Assembly: GCA_963711945.1 (NCBI GenBank)
Contig: CAVQGB010000006.1
Span: forward strand, 12,128 to 76,127
DNA length: 64,000 bases
DNA from: an uncultured Verrucomicrobiae bacterium
GTDB lineage: Bacteria; Verrucomicrobiota; Verrucomicrobiia; Limisphaerales; UBA11358
Reading direction: 5' to 3'
Positions 36,998 through 46,734 of this stretch are shown here, in pieces. The notes under the pieces were generated by a model, which had not been told where the DNA came from, made no database searches, and was given only the letters and a program-made list of their open reading frames with translations. The position numbers and the translations under genes were made by a program. Positions within the stretch are counted from its first letter, which is position 1, and each line of letters begins with the position of its first letter.

Positions 36998-39505
36998 CTA
37001 CCTTCCCCTCGCCTGCGCCCGGCGCCGCACGTAGGCGAACGTGCCGAGCGCGGCCAGCAACCCGGCGAGCCCCAGGCCGACGATGAACGATTCGCGGTCC
37101 ACGATGCGCAGTTCCACCAGCAGGTAGCTCCCCAGGCCACAGCCCGCCAGTCCGCCGACCAGCAGCCGCCAGCGCGAGCGGAACGGCGCGAGCACCATGA
37201 AGACCGCCGCCGCGGCGAGATACAGCCACACGTCCACGCGAACGTGCGCGTCATCGTCCCGGTGGCACATCGCGTTGGCGAACAGCGCGCTTAACACATG
37301 GACGATTGCCAGCACCTCCAGCAGTTTGCTCGTGCGCCGCAGATCGAGGCTCGGCGCGCGTTCCGTGAACAGCATCAGCAGCAAAAATCCGAGACCGTTC
37401 AACGCAATCGAAAATGCCTTCAATCGCTCCTCGTCAAAATACGGCCAGCGCGCGCCGTCCACGCCCATCATTTTCAGCGTCGGACCGTTGAGTGCAATGA
37501 CATCCAGGCCAAGCACCAGCGTGAGCAGCGCCACCAGATGAAACGGCAGCGTCCAGCGCACGCGGCCTTTTCGCTCCAGCATGAGCGCCACGGGTTCCAG
37601 CGCCACCAGCGGCAGACACCACAACGCCATGATTTCCGGTTTCTTATCCAGCCAGTTGAACAGCAGCAGCAGGCAGACATAACTGGCGGCGCCCAGGGTG
37701 GCGGTGGTCCACGCGAAACCGGTCATCTTCAGCCGCCACAAGCCAAACACCGAAACCGCCAGCGCGGTGCAGGAGGCCGCGAGCACCTGTTGATTTGTAA
37801 ATATGTCGGCAAACAATTGTTTCACCCCCGGCGGCGGCACCGCGAAGAAGTGAAGTTCCGCCAGCAGCGCCAGCATACAGGGCGCGATGGCCAGTGCCGC
37901 GCCGGCCAGAAACGTGGCCGCCGCCAGCGGCTCGCGTTCGCGGCGCGCGGCCTGGCCGGCCAGCAGGAGCATGGTCGTGAAAAAAGCCGGCAACATCCAG
38001 CGCCAGGGCGGCGCCAGATCGTCCCGCAGCATCCAGACCATCAGCACCGTGGCGACCACCGCCAGCCAGGTGGCGCAGGAAAGTATCGTCTGCAAGGGCG
38101 TGATGCGCCGGGCGTCAACAATCCAGTGGTCCTCGTCCGCGAGCAGCCGGCGGTGCACCACTTCCAGCGCGTCGCGTTCGTCGCGCGAAATGATGCTCTG
38201 GCTGGCCCAGGCGCGGGCCTGGCCGGAGTATTCGCTGATGCTGCGGCGGAGCAGGTCGTCATAAAGTTTCGGCTTGAGCCGGACCGGTTCTCCGACGAGG
38301 AAGCGGCCCAGATCCAGCGTGATTTCGGACGCCGTGGGACGGTTCGCGGGATCCCAGGCCAGGCAGGCGAGACAAATGGCCTGCAAATCTTCCGGCACAC
38401 CCACGGCCACTTCGCGCAGAAACGGCGGCGTGGTCGTCGCGATGGCTTCCAGCGTCTGACCGGCGGTCTCGCCCGCAAACGGCGCCCGTCCGGTCAACAC
38501 CTTGAACATCAAACTGCCGAACGAGAACACATCCGACGCCGTCGTGAGCGGCCGGCCGCGCACCTGCTCCGGCGAGGCATAAAGCGGTGTGCCTTCAAAA
38601 CCGGCGACTTGACGGCCGGCTTCCTCCAGCGACAGCGCCAGGCCAAAATCCAAAATGCGCGGGCGCATGTCGGGGCCGACGATGACGTTGTCCGGCTTGA
38701 GATCGCGATGGATGAAACCGCGTTCGTGTGCGACCGAAAGGCCGCGCCCCACTTCGCGCAGCAGCCGCGCCTTTTGCTCAAAATTTAGTTCCGATGCGAA
38801 GCGGTCCAGCGGGAAGCCTTCCACCAGTTCCATCACGATGGCCGGCGGGTCGGCTTCGTCGAGCACGGAAAAAACCGTTACAATGGCCGGATCGCCCAGC
38901 GCCGCCGCCTTGCGCGCCTCGTCCAACACACGACGGCGAACGGCCTCGTCGGCGCGGCGGTGCAGCACCTTGACGGCCACGCGCCGGTTGAGTTTTTCAT
39001 CGTGCGCGGCATAGACGGCGCCCAGACTGCCTTCTCCGAGTTTGCGTTCGATGCGAAAGCCGGGCAGGACTGGCGGCGGTTCCCCGCGGGCGGACTGCGG
39101 TTCGGTCCGGACGCGCCATTGCCGCACGCGCAGACCCGCTTCAATGCGCTCGCGGGTTTCCTGGCGGATGGCTTCCGGCAGCGTGCCAATAAAATCCTCT
39201 ATCCGCCGCTCTGAATCGTTGTCTGCGTCGCGCAGGAAAACCCCGGCGTGGGCTGCCGCGTCAGTGGCCGTGGTGCGTTGATTTGAAGTTGCGCCCGCCG
39301 GTGAGGGAGGATTCACCTTTCGTTCGGGGCGTTCGCGCAAAAAATCACCCGCGGCGTCGTGCGCGCGGAGGAGGCTTTCCACCTCGCGCCGGAGCGCCGG
39401 GGCGTTGGCACATTCGCCGTCAAGCAGTTCGTCGCGGGCGGGGCCGGGAGGCAATTCAATGGCCCGGGCGAACACGTTTTCGGCGCTGGTAACAGGTTGG
39501 TTCAT
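36998..39505 (-). CDS. Hanks-type Ser/Thr kinase with polytopic C-terminal membrane domain
   Basis: LGEGSLGAVY, VAVKVL, IHRDLKPDN, ILDFGLA, GTPLYASPEQ, SDVFSFG; N-terminal LRREVESLLRAH typical of ECF-associated kinases; roughly ten C-terminal hydrophobic segments. Confidence 0.93.
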   Translation of the reverse strand: MNQPVTSAENVFARAIELPPGPARDELLDGECANAPALRREVESLLRAHDAAGDFLRERPERKVNPPSPAGATSNQRTTATDAAAHAGVFLRDADNDSERRIEDFIGTLPEAIRQETRERIEAGLRVRQWRVRTEPQSARGEPPPVLPGFRIERKLGEGSLGAVYAAHDEKLNRRVAVKVLHRRADEAVRRRVLDEARKAAALGDPAIVTVFSVLDEADPPAIVMELVEGFPLDRFASELNFEQKARLLREVGRGLSVAHERGFIHRDLKPDNVIVGPDMRPRILDFGLALSLEEAGRQVAGFEGTPLYASPEQVRGRPLTTASDVFSFGSLMFKVLTGRAPFAGETAGQTLEAIATTTPPFLREVAVGVPEDLQAICLACLAWDPANRPTASEITLDLGRFLVGEPVRLKPKLYDDLLRRSISEYSGQARAWASQSIISRDERDALEVVHRRLLADEDHWIVDARRITPLQTILSCATWLAVVATVLMVWMLRDDLAPPWRWMLPAFFTTMLLLAGQAARREREPLAAATFLAGAALAIAPCMLALLAELHFFAVPPPGVKQLFADIFTNQQVLAASCTALAVSVFGLWRLKMTGFAWTTATLGAASYVCLLLLFNWLDKKPEIMALWCLPLVALEPVALMLERKGRVRWTLPFHLVALLTLVLGLDVIALNGPTLKMMGVDGARWPYFDEERLKAFSIALNGLGFLLLMLFTERAPSLDLRRTSKLLEVLAIVHVLSALFANAMCHRDDDAHVRVDVWLYLAAAAVFMVLAPFRSRWRLLVGGLAGCGLGSYLLVELRIVDRESFIVGLGLAGLLAALGTFAYVRRRAQARGR

Positions 39506-39668
39506 CGGGCGCGGATACCGGCATTGACTTTAACATCCGCGCCGGGTTCGGCCAGCGCAAAAAATAATTGATCCGTTTTGACCGATGATTCCGCTTGGGT
39601 CTTATGAAGGGCCGGCGGCGAAAGCCGGATGGAAAAACGAATTGCAAAAAATTAACCAAAGGATCTCT

Positions 39669-40328
39669 ATGAAACGATGGACATGGATTGTTGCCGGATT
39701 ATACACCGCACTGCTGCTGGTCATGACGGTGCCGGCTATTTTACTGGCGTTTGTGCCGCAAATCGGGGTTGGCGAGGCATTCAAAGCAATCGTGGTATGG
39801 CCCTATTGGTTGTGGCTGGCGATCATGTTCGCGAGCCAGGCCTCCTTGTTGTCGGTGCCGGTGCGCGTGGCCAGCCTCCGGCCCGTCACGCGTGGCCCCA
39901 TCTGGCGGACGATCCTGGCCGGTGGCCTGATGGCGGGTGGTCTGGCAGTCGGAGCGTTTCTTTCCATTTACGAGTTTTTCGTTCGTGGCAAAGACCCTGG
40001 CAATTGGTTCGGTTGGGCGGCCCTCGCCCTGGGAGTCCTGACCTGGTTCGTCTGGGCGCTGGTGTTTTTTCGCATGAGCCGCAAAACGGAGCCGGCGGAC
40101 ATCGTCTCGCGCCAATGCCGGTTTCTGTTCAAAGGCAGCATCCTCGAATTATTGATTGCCGTGCCCACACACATCGTCGCGCGCTACCGGGATTATTGCT
40201 GCGCCGGGTTCATGACGTTCATTGGTTTGACCATGGGCGTTTCGGTGATGCTGTTCGCGTATGGGCCGGCGGTGTTCTTTCTCTTCGCCGAACGCTGGAA
40301 GCGGCTGCATCCGGCACGGGCGGATTGA
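39669..40328 (+). CDS. Hypothetical membrane protein
   Basis: About six TM segments; GSILELLIAVPTHIVARYRDYCCAG. Confidence 0.8.
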   Translation: MKRWTWIVAGLYTALLLVMTVPAILLAFVPQIGVGEAFKAIVVWPYWLWLAIMFASQASLLSVPVRVASLRPVTRGPIWRTILAGGLMAGGLAVGAFLSIYEFFVRGKDPGNWFGWAALALGVLTWFVWALVFFRMSRKTEPADIVSRQCRFLFKGSILELLIAVPTHIVARYRDYCCAGFMTFIGLTMGVSVMLFAYGPAVFFLFAERWKRLHPARAD

Positions 40329-40541
40329 ATTGCTGTCAGCGAAATATCCGGCAGGAGAAATGCGATTTTGCGTGGTTCAACCTGCTGACGGCAATTGCCC
40401 GGGTCGCAGGTTTGGATTGTTTCCGGTATTCCATCAATCACTTTCGGGGTATGATTGCATGTGGTCAGGCATTTAAACCATTGTAAAATCCGAAACCGCG
40501 CGGTAACGAGCCGCGTCTGGTTAGGATATCGGTGAGTTCAC

Positions 40542-41414
40542 TTGAACAAACCCGCCTTCACGCTGATTGAACTGCTCGTCGTCATCGCCATCATTGCGAT
40601 TCTGGCGGCGCTGCTCATGCCCGCCTTGTCCCATGCCAAGCAGTCGGCGCAAGGCTCCATCTGCCTCAACAATGGCAAACAGTTGATGACCGCCATGCAT
40701 CTTTACACGACCGACAACGACGATTTGTATCCGCCCAATCCCGACGATGGCAACACCACACCCGGTTACAATTGGTGCAGCGGCCAGGCGGGAATCGGCG
40801 GGCCGCAGGAATTCAATCCCGACGTTCTGCTCGACACGTCACGTTCATTGCTCATCGTCTATTTAGGCGGCAGCGCTAAGGTATTCCGATGTCCCGCCGA
40901 CCTGCGCCAGGGGTTGTATCAGGGCGCCAACCCGTCGCTCACCGGCCAGATTGTTCCCGCCGCGCGCACGTTTTCCATGAACCAGGCCGTTGGCACCATT
41001 GATCCCGGTTTCGCCGCCGATTACAGCTCTCACAGCGGCGCGCCGAAACTGCCCGTCACCGGCCCCTGGCTGACCGGCGTGTGGCACCAAAACCTCCATA
41101 ACAACCCGTGGCGCACGTTCAGCAAAATATCCGACGCCGGACCGCCCGGGCCGTCCGACCTCTGGGTGTTCATGGATGAAAACGCCAGCGGCTTGAACGA
41201 CGCGGCCTTTGCCATGGAGATGGTCAATCCCAACTGGCTTGACGTCCCGGGAACCTATCACAATATCGGCTGCGGGTTTGCCTTTGCCGACGGACATTGC
41301 GAAACGCATCACTGGCTTTACCGGAGCGTGAAGCAGAAGGGTGACATCACCAATCCGAAGGATGAAGCGGACTGGGAGTGGATGGCCGCGCACACTTCAG
41401 CCCGGGCGAATTGA
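40542..41414 (+). CDS. Prepilin-type N-terminal cleavage/methylation and H-X9-DG domain protein
   Basis: PA|[28 protein letters not shown]...CLNNGKQL; [14 protein letters not shown]. Confidence 0.92.
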   Translation: MNKPAFTLIELLVVIAIIAILAALLMPALSHAKQSAQGSICLNNGKQLMTAMHLYTTDNDDLYPPNPDDGNTTPGYNWCSGQAGIGGPQEFNPDVLLDTSRSLLIVYLGGSAKVFRCPADLRQGLYQGANPSLTGQIVPAARTFSMNQAVGTIDPGFAADYSSHSGAPKLPVTGPWLTGVWHQNLHNNPWRTFSKISDAGPPGPSDLWVFMDENASGLNDAAFAMEMVNPNWLDVPGTYHNIGCGFAFADGHCETHHWLYRSVKQKGDITNPKDEADWEWMAAHTSARAN

Positions 41415-41521
41415 ACCGGCTGGAAGAAGTTTCATTTTTAACGTGACGGCGGCGGGATTAAGTTGTCTATTTAGCGAAGCCATGCGTCAACCAACACCAT
41501 TGGCCGCGGAAATCCCGCGCC

Positions 41522-42940
41522 TTGAATGAACACTTTGAGGTGACTATGCAAGCCTTGCACTCCGAAGCCCTTCAATCGTTTGTCCGCAGACTAAAATGGC
41601 TGTTCATGTTTCGGGCCGGAGTGCAGGGGGTAACGTTCTGGCTTTTCCTCTGGGGAGCGGCCGTTCTGGTCGTTAGGATTTCCAGCACAAGAGAAACCCC
41701 GTGGCTCGCGCTGGGTTTGCTGGGAGCCGTGCCGGCGGCATTTCTGGCGGGCGGGCTGGCCCGCAGACGGCTGCCCTCTTTTGAAAAACTCCGCGCCAAC
41801 TATGACCGCCTGAATGCCTGCGGCGGCATCATCATGTCCGAGGAAACGGCGGACATGGGCGCATGGCAGGCGCGGTTGCCCGAATCCGCCGTCCCGAAAT
41901 TTCACTGGCACAACGGTCGCGCGATGATGTTGCTGTCCGCGTCCGCATTGTTCGCGGCCACGACATTGCTGCTGCCGGAGCGGCTGGCGCATTTTGCCCG
42001 TCATCAGCCGCTGGAAATCGGCCAGATTGCGGACCAGTTGCAGGCGGAAGTTCAGGCGTTGCACGAGGAGAAGATCATCGAAGACAAAAAAACCGAGGAC
42101 CTGCAAAAACAGCTTTCCCAAATCAAACAAGACTCCTCCGGCCTCGACCCGGACAAAACCTGGGAGGCGCTCGACCACATCAAGGAATCCGACAGCGACG
42201 CGGCCAGGCAGGCCGCGGAAGAGGCGCTGGCCAAGACGACGGCGCTGACGCAAGCCGAGACGCTGGCCAGGGCGATGGAACAGGCCGCAGATGCCGGCAT
42301 GAGCGACGTCACCGCCGCGCAGTCGGCGCAAACCCTTGCGTCCTTGTTGAAGGGGGCCAAACTCGAAGACGGCCTGTTGAAAGGCCTGATTCCGCCGGAA
42401 CTGCTGGGCGACCTCAAAGGTCTGAATAAGGAGGAGATGGAAAATCTCCTGAAGGCGCTGGAGTTCAACAAAAGTGCGTTGAGCGCAACGGTCGGCAAAT
42501 TATCGGCACTCAAGCTGATTGATCCGGCAATGCTCGCCAAATGTAACGCCGCCGGCCAATGCAACAATCCCGGCGCGCTCGCGGACTATTTGTGCTCCTG
42601 CACAAACGGCTGCAATTCCGCCGCGCTCGCCGAGTGCATGCTTCTTGGCAAGGGCGGTCCCGGCGGCGGCGGGCCGGCCGCACCGATGACGTGGTCGGAT
42701 GGCACGTCGGAGAATGACCTCAAATTCCAGGAACACGCGCTGCCGCCGGCGTCGAGTCTTTCCGACGCGTCGCTGGTGGGCGTCAGCCGCGCCGCGCCGG
42801 AATTGAGCGCCAACAATGTCGCGGTTGACCACGGTGCGTTGGACAATTCGGCGGCCGGCGGCGGTTCGGCGCATTCGCAGGTCATTTTGCCGGAGCAGCG
42901 GCAGGCGGTGCGGAACTATTTCAAACGCGATGAGAAGTGA
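41522..42940 (+). CDS. Membrane-anchored coiled-coil protein of the MoxR operon
   Basis: Three N-terminal TMs, long Q/E/A-rich coiled coil, Cys/Gly-rich linker, C-terminal LPEQRQAVRNYF. Confidence 0.8.
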   Translation: MNEHFEVTMQALHSEALQSFVRRLKWLFMFRAGVQGVTFWLFLWGAAVLVVRISSTRETPWLALGLLGAVPAAFLAGGLARRRLPSFEKLRANYDRLNACGGIIMSEETADMGAWQARLPESAVPKFHWHNGRAMMLLSASALFAATTLLLPERLAHFARHQPLEIGQIADQLQAEVQALHEEKIIEDKKTEDLQKQLSQIKQDSSGLDPDKTWEALDHIKESDSDAARQAAEEALAKTTALTQAETLARAMEQAADAGMSDVTAAQSAQTLASLLKGAKLEDGLLKGLIPPELLGDLKGLNKEEMENLLKALEFNKSALSATVGKLSALKLIDPAMLAKCNAAGQCNNPGALADYLCSCTNGCNSAALAECMLLGKGGPGGGGPAAPMTWSDGTSENDLKFQEHALPPASSLSDASLVGVSRAAPELSANNVAVDHGALDNSAAGGGSAHSQVILPEQRQAVRNYFKRDEK

Positions 42941-43391
42941 AAAAAAGATTTCAGGTTTGCCGACCGAAGAGGATTTCGGCGGGAGTCTTGATGCAAAATC
43001 TGCTTGGAAAAATTTTGGCGGGCTTGATTTGAATTTGGCCTATGAACGTTTTTGCGAGAATCCTCATTCTTACCAAGAGGATTTCATGTTTATGGAAAAG
43101 ACCGCATTTGAATTTTATTTTCCTGTGGTTGATCGCTTTTTAAGAGAAAACCATACCGAAGATGTGTTTGATGATTCTTTAGCTTGGATTCTTGGAGAGG
43201 CCATTTTCTTACAAATGGAATCTGCAATCAATTCAGAGTTGCTGGAGAAAATCGAAAACCTCACGAATTATATTCTTAATCATTTGTCGCAATATTCCCC
43301 GCTGCCGGTTGAGCAGGAGGAAATTGAAAGCACTTGGTTAAAAATTCGGCAACATATTGCCAAGCAAAAAAATCCTATTCTCGCGTCTTGA
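42930..43391 (+). CDS. AT-rich hypothetical protein inserted in the operon
   Basis: MRSEKKISGLPTEEDFGGSLDAKSAWKNFGG...YQEDFMFM; G+C 19/60 over 43081-43140, far below the flanks. Confidence 0.75.
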   Translation: MRSEKKISGLPTEEDFGGSLDAKSAWKNFGGLDLNLAYERFCENPHSYQEDFMFMEKTAFEFYFPVVDRFLRENHTEDVFDDSLAWILGEAIFLQMESAINSELLEKIENLTNYILNHLSQYSPLPVEQEEIESTWLKIRQHIAKQKNPILAS

Positions 43392-43394
43392 TTT

Positions 43395-44429
43395 ATGCCC
43401 GACACAATCCTGAAACCCGACGAACTGGCGCCCGCCGCCGGGCTTATCCGCAACACGCTCGAACAGCTCGACCGCATTTTGCTGGGGCGCAGCGAGCTTC
43501 ACCGCCTCGTGCTCATTGGCATCTTGAGCCGCGGCCACGTGTTGCTGGAAGGCGTGCCCGGCCTTGGCAAGACCGCGCTCGTGCGCACCGTCGGTCAGAT
43601 TCTCAAGCTCGACTTCAAACGCATCCAGTTCACGCCCGACCTCATGCCGGGTGACGTGCTGGGCACGCACATCCTGCAGGAAACCAGTTCCGGCAAACGC
43701 GAATTGGTTTTCCAGCCCGGCCCGGTGTTCACGAATATCCTGCTCGCCGACGAAATCAACCGCGCGTCGCCGAAAACGCAATCGGCCATGCTCGAAACGA
43801 TGCAGGAAAATTCCGTGACGCTGCTCGGCACGACCCGCGCGCTGCCACAGCCGTTTTTCGTCCTGGCGAGCCAGAACCCGATTGAACTCGAAGGCACCTA
43901 TCCCTTGCCGGAAGCGCAACTGGATCGTTTTCTGTTTCGCCTCCTGTTCGACAACGTGGACACGGTGGTTCTCGACAAAATCATTTCCGAACGACGCCGC
44001 GGCGAACTGCCCGCTCCATCGTGGCGGATGGAGCACGCTGAATTGGAAACTCTCTTTCAAACCATGAGTCGGATTTATCTGCCGCGGCCGGTTTCGCGTT
44101 ACATCGCGCGGCTGGTTTCGGCCACGCATCCGGGCGCCAAGGAGGCCACCGAGCCGGTGAACCGCTACGTCAGCTACGGCGCGTCGCCGCGCGCAGCCAT
44201 CGCCATCGCCGAGGCGTCGCGGGGCCACGCGCTCGTCGCCGGACGGCCCAGTGTCGGTTTCGAGGACGTGAAGGCCGTCGCGCAGCCGGTTTTGAACCAC
44301 CGGCTGATTCTGAATTATCAGGCGCGCTTCGACCGGATGACCACGTCCAAGCTGGTGGCGGAGTTGCTGGGCCAGCTTGACGAAACCGGATTGAACCTGC
44401 CCAAGGACGTGGAATTGGCGGCGGCGTGA
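43395..44429 (+). CDS. moxR: MoxR-family AAA+ ATPase
   Basis: HVLLEGVPGLGKT, RIQFTPDLMPGD, LLADEINRASPKTQSAMLE, QNPIELEGTYPLPEAQLDRF, GASPRA. Confidence 0.96.
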   Translation: MPDTILKPDELAPAAGLIRNTLEQLDRILLGRSELHRLVLIGILSRGHVLLEGVPGLGKTALVRTVGQILKLDFKRIQFTPDLMPGDVLGTHILQETSSGKRELVFQPGPVFTNILLADEINRASPKTQSAMLETMQENSVTLLGTTRALPQPFFVLASQNPIELEGTYPLPEAQLDRFLFRLLFDNVDTVVLDKIISERRRGELPAPSWRMEHAELETLFQTMSRIYLPRPVSRYIARLVSATHPGAKEATEPVNRYVSYGASPRAAIAIAEASRGHALVAGRPSVGFEDVKAVAQPVLNHRLILNYQARFDRMTTSKLVAELLGQLDETGLNLPKDVELAAA

Positions 44430-44436
44430 AGTGGGA

Positions 44437-46734
44437 ATGAAGGAAGATCCAACATCGAACATTCAACGTCCAACATCCAATGTCAGACGGCCGGCGGCGG
44501 GCGGTTCATTGGATGTTCGAGGATGTTTGCTGGTTGTTGGATGTTTTCTTGCGTGCGCTTGCCGCGCGGACAACTTCGGCGACATCTCGGCCTCGGCGGA
44601 CGCGATGTATTCGGGCGGCACATTCCACGGTTACGCCGAAATCCGGGTGACTCTGGAAAACCGGTCCCCCGGCAGTTCCCATCGGGTGACGATTGTTTAT
44701 CCGGACAATTCCTATGGCGGTTACGGCAACAACATCAACCGCATTACCCGCACGGTGACGCTGGCGGCCGGCACACGCTCCGTGGTTTCGCTGCTCCAGC
44801 CGCCCCTTCCGATCAGCGGCGGCGGATCCATACGTGTGGAGGTGGACGACCGGCGCGAAGGCGAAATCCGCGCGCCCAATGCAAACAGCCATTGCAATAA
44901 TTATTCTCCCGGCAACATGGCGGCGACCGCGTTTATCAGCCGCAGTCTGGATTTTGACGCGGTCTTGCACGTCTTTGACGCGGGAAACGGCGCGTTCACG
45001 GCGTCGAAAGCGGCCGGCCCGCCGGATGCAAGCGGCACGGGTTATCAACCCAACTGTTGGATGCCAGATACCCGGCGAGGCGTCCAGACTAACTGGCTGG
45101 AACTCGATTACCCCAAACCGGAGACGGTGGATCGAATTGTCATTTACAACACACAGTCGCCTTCCTCACCGGGTTTTGTTGAATTGATTGGCACCAACGG
45201 AACCAGCCTGGCAAAAAGTTCAATGACTTCGGGCAGAAGCAGCTACGGCGGATCCTCCTGGACGACGGAATTTTTGATTTCCACCACCGGAGAACCGGTG
45301 AAAACCGTCCGGTTGAATTTCGGCAAAACGCCTCCCTCCAGCATTTGCATTGACGCGGTGCAAATCTCCGGCCCGTCCGGCAGCCAGTGGGCATCCGATG
45401 CGCGGGCCAGCAGCGACAACAGCGCATCGGCGGGTTCCTACCTGCCGGGCCGAACGGGAGTGAGTTCTGTCGCGGGATTGCGGGCCGAAGCGCCGATCTC
45501 GGAATGGAGCGAAAACTGGCTGCCCTACACGCCGTTCGACGCCATCGCGCTCCGGGCGGGTGATTTGTCCTCCGCGTCGCCGGCGACCGCCTCCGCACTC
45601 TGGAGTTACCTGCAGGCGGGTGGGAATATAATTGTGTTCGGAGGCGGCACACTGCCGGAGACGTGGCGGTCCGGCCCCCAAAAACCTCTGCGCAATGGAA
45701 TCGAATATGATCCGGGTTTGGGACACTGTTTTGTCTTCACGTCGGAGAATCCGTCGCAGCTCGACGCCACAACACTCAAAACGTTGCGGACCGCCTTGAC
45801 CGACTCGGCGCGTTACTGGCAAAACCTGCCGCGAGACAGCGGCGCGGCGAACGCCGCCCTGCCGGTCGTTGAGAATCTGAAGATTCCCACCCGCGGCATC
45901 GTGCTCATCATGCTGCTGTTCATCATCGCCATCGGCCCGGTGAACATCATCCTCCTGAACCGCCGCAAACGCCGCACCTGGATGCTGTGGACGATTCCGG
46001 CCATTTCCTTTGCCACCACGCTGCTCGTGTTTGCCTACAGCCTGCTTCGCGAAGGCGTGACTCCTGACACGCGCATCGCCGGATTGACGGTGCTCGACCA
46101 GGCCGGCCATCACGCGACAACGGTTGGAGCAACGGGATTTTATTGTCCGCTCACGCCGAGCGGCGGGTTGCAATTTGATCCCGGGACGGAGGCGTCCCCG
46201 CTCGTCAGCATCGGCTACGGCGGCGGCAATAATTCCGGCGCGTCGCGCGAGATGGACTGGTCGCAATCCCAACACTTAAGCCGCGGCTGGGTTTCCGCGC
46301 GCGTCCCGGCGCTCTTTCACCTGCGAAAGTCCGAGACGCGCCGGGAGCGCCTGCAAATCATCACTGGCAATGGCCAGGTGCAGGTTGTCAACGGCCTCGG
46401 CGTGCCGATCAAATCGCTCTGGTATGCCGACGCCGGAATGAATTTCTACCAGGCCGGCAATATTCCCGCCGGACAAAAGACCGTGATGATCTTGTCGAAG
46501 CAATCGCGCGCGGAAAAATCGGGCGCGGAAGGTTTGTTGCGCGACATTGGTTTCGCGGCACACACGGATCCGCTTGGCATTGACGCGGGAAAATATCTGC
46601 TGCCAAACACCTACATTGCCGTGCTGGATGGAAATCCGTTCATCGAAAACGCGCTGGGTTCCGCCGCCAGCCCGAAGCGCACCAAAAGCTCCACGGTGGT
46701 GTTTGGAACCCTTGCCGCAGCCGATATCCAATGA
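44437..46734 (+). CDS. Secreted/membrane protein of the MoxR-ABC operon
   Basis: Signal-like N-terminus, WLELDY (F5/8-like) insert, LWSYLQAGGNII, two TMs (IAIGPVNII; WTIPAISF); ATGA-coupled to the ABC ATPase. Confidence 0.8.
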   Translation: MKEDPTSNIQRPTSNVRRPAAGGSLDVRGCLLVVGCFLACACRADNFGDISASADAMYSGGTFHGYAEIRVTLENRSPGSSHRVTIVYPDNSYGGYGNNINRITRTVTLAAGTRSVVSLLQPPLPISGGGSIRVEVDDRREGEIRAPNANSHCNNYSPGNMAATAFISRSLDFDAVLHVFDAGNGAFTASKAAGPPDASGTGYQPNCWMPDTRRGVQTNWLELDYPKPETVDRIVIYNTQSPSSPGFVELIGTNGTSLAKSSMTSGRSSYGGSSWTTEFLISTTGEPVKTVRLNFGKTPPSSICIDAVQISGPSGSQWASDARASSDNSASAGSYLPGRTGVSSVAGLRAEAPISEWSENWLPYTPFDAIALRAGDLSSASPATASALWSYLQAGGNIIVFGGGTLPETWRSGPQKPLRNGIEYDPGLGHCFVFTSENPSQLDATTLKTLRTALTDSARYWQNLPRDSGAANAALPVVENLKIPTRGIVLIMLLFIIAIGPVNIILLNRRKRRTWMLWTIPAISFATTLLVFAYSLLREGVTPDTRIAGLTVLDQAGHHATTVGATGFYCPLTPSGGLQFDPGTEASPLVSIGYGGGNNSGASREMDWSQSQHLSRGWVSARVPALFHLRKSETRRERLQIITGNGQVQVVNGLGVPIKSLWYADAGMNFYQAGNIPAGQKTVMILSKQSRAEKSGAEGLLRDIGFAAHTDPLGIDAGKYLLPNTYIAVLDGNPFIENALGSAASPKRTKSSTVVFGTLAAADIQ
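44447..44546. repeat. Heptamer-repeat inverted element forming the N-terminus of the CDS
   Basis: ATCCAACATCGAACATTCAACGTCCAACATCCAATG ... CATTGGATGTTCGAGGATGTTTGCTGGTTGTTGGATGTT. Confidence 0.85.
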
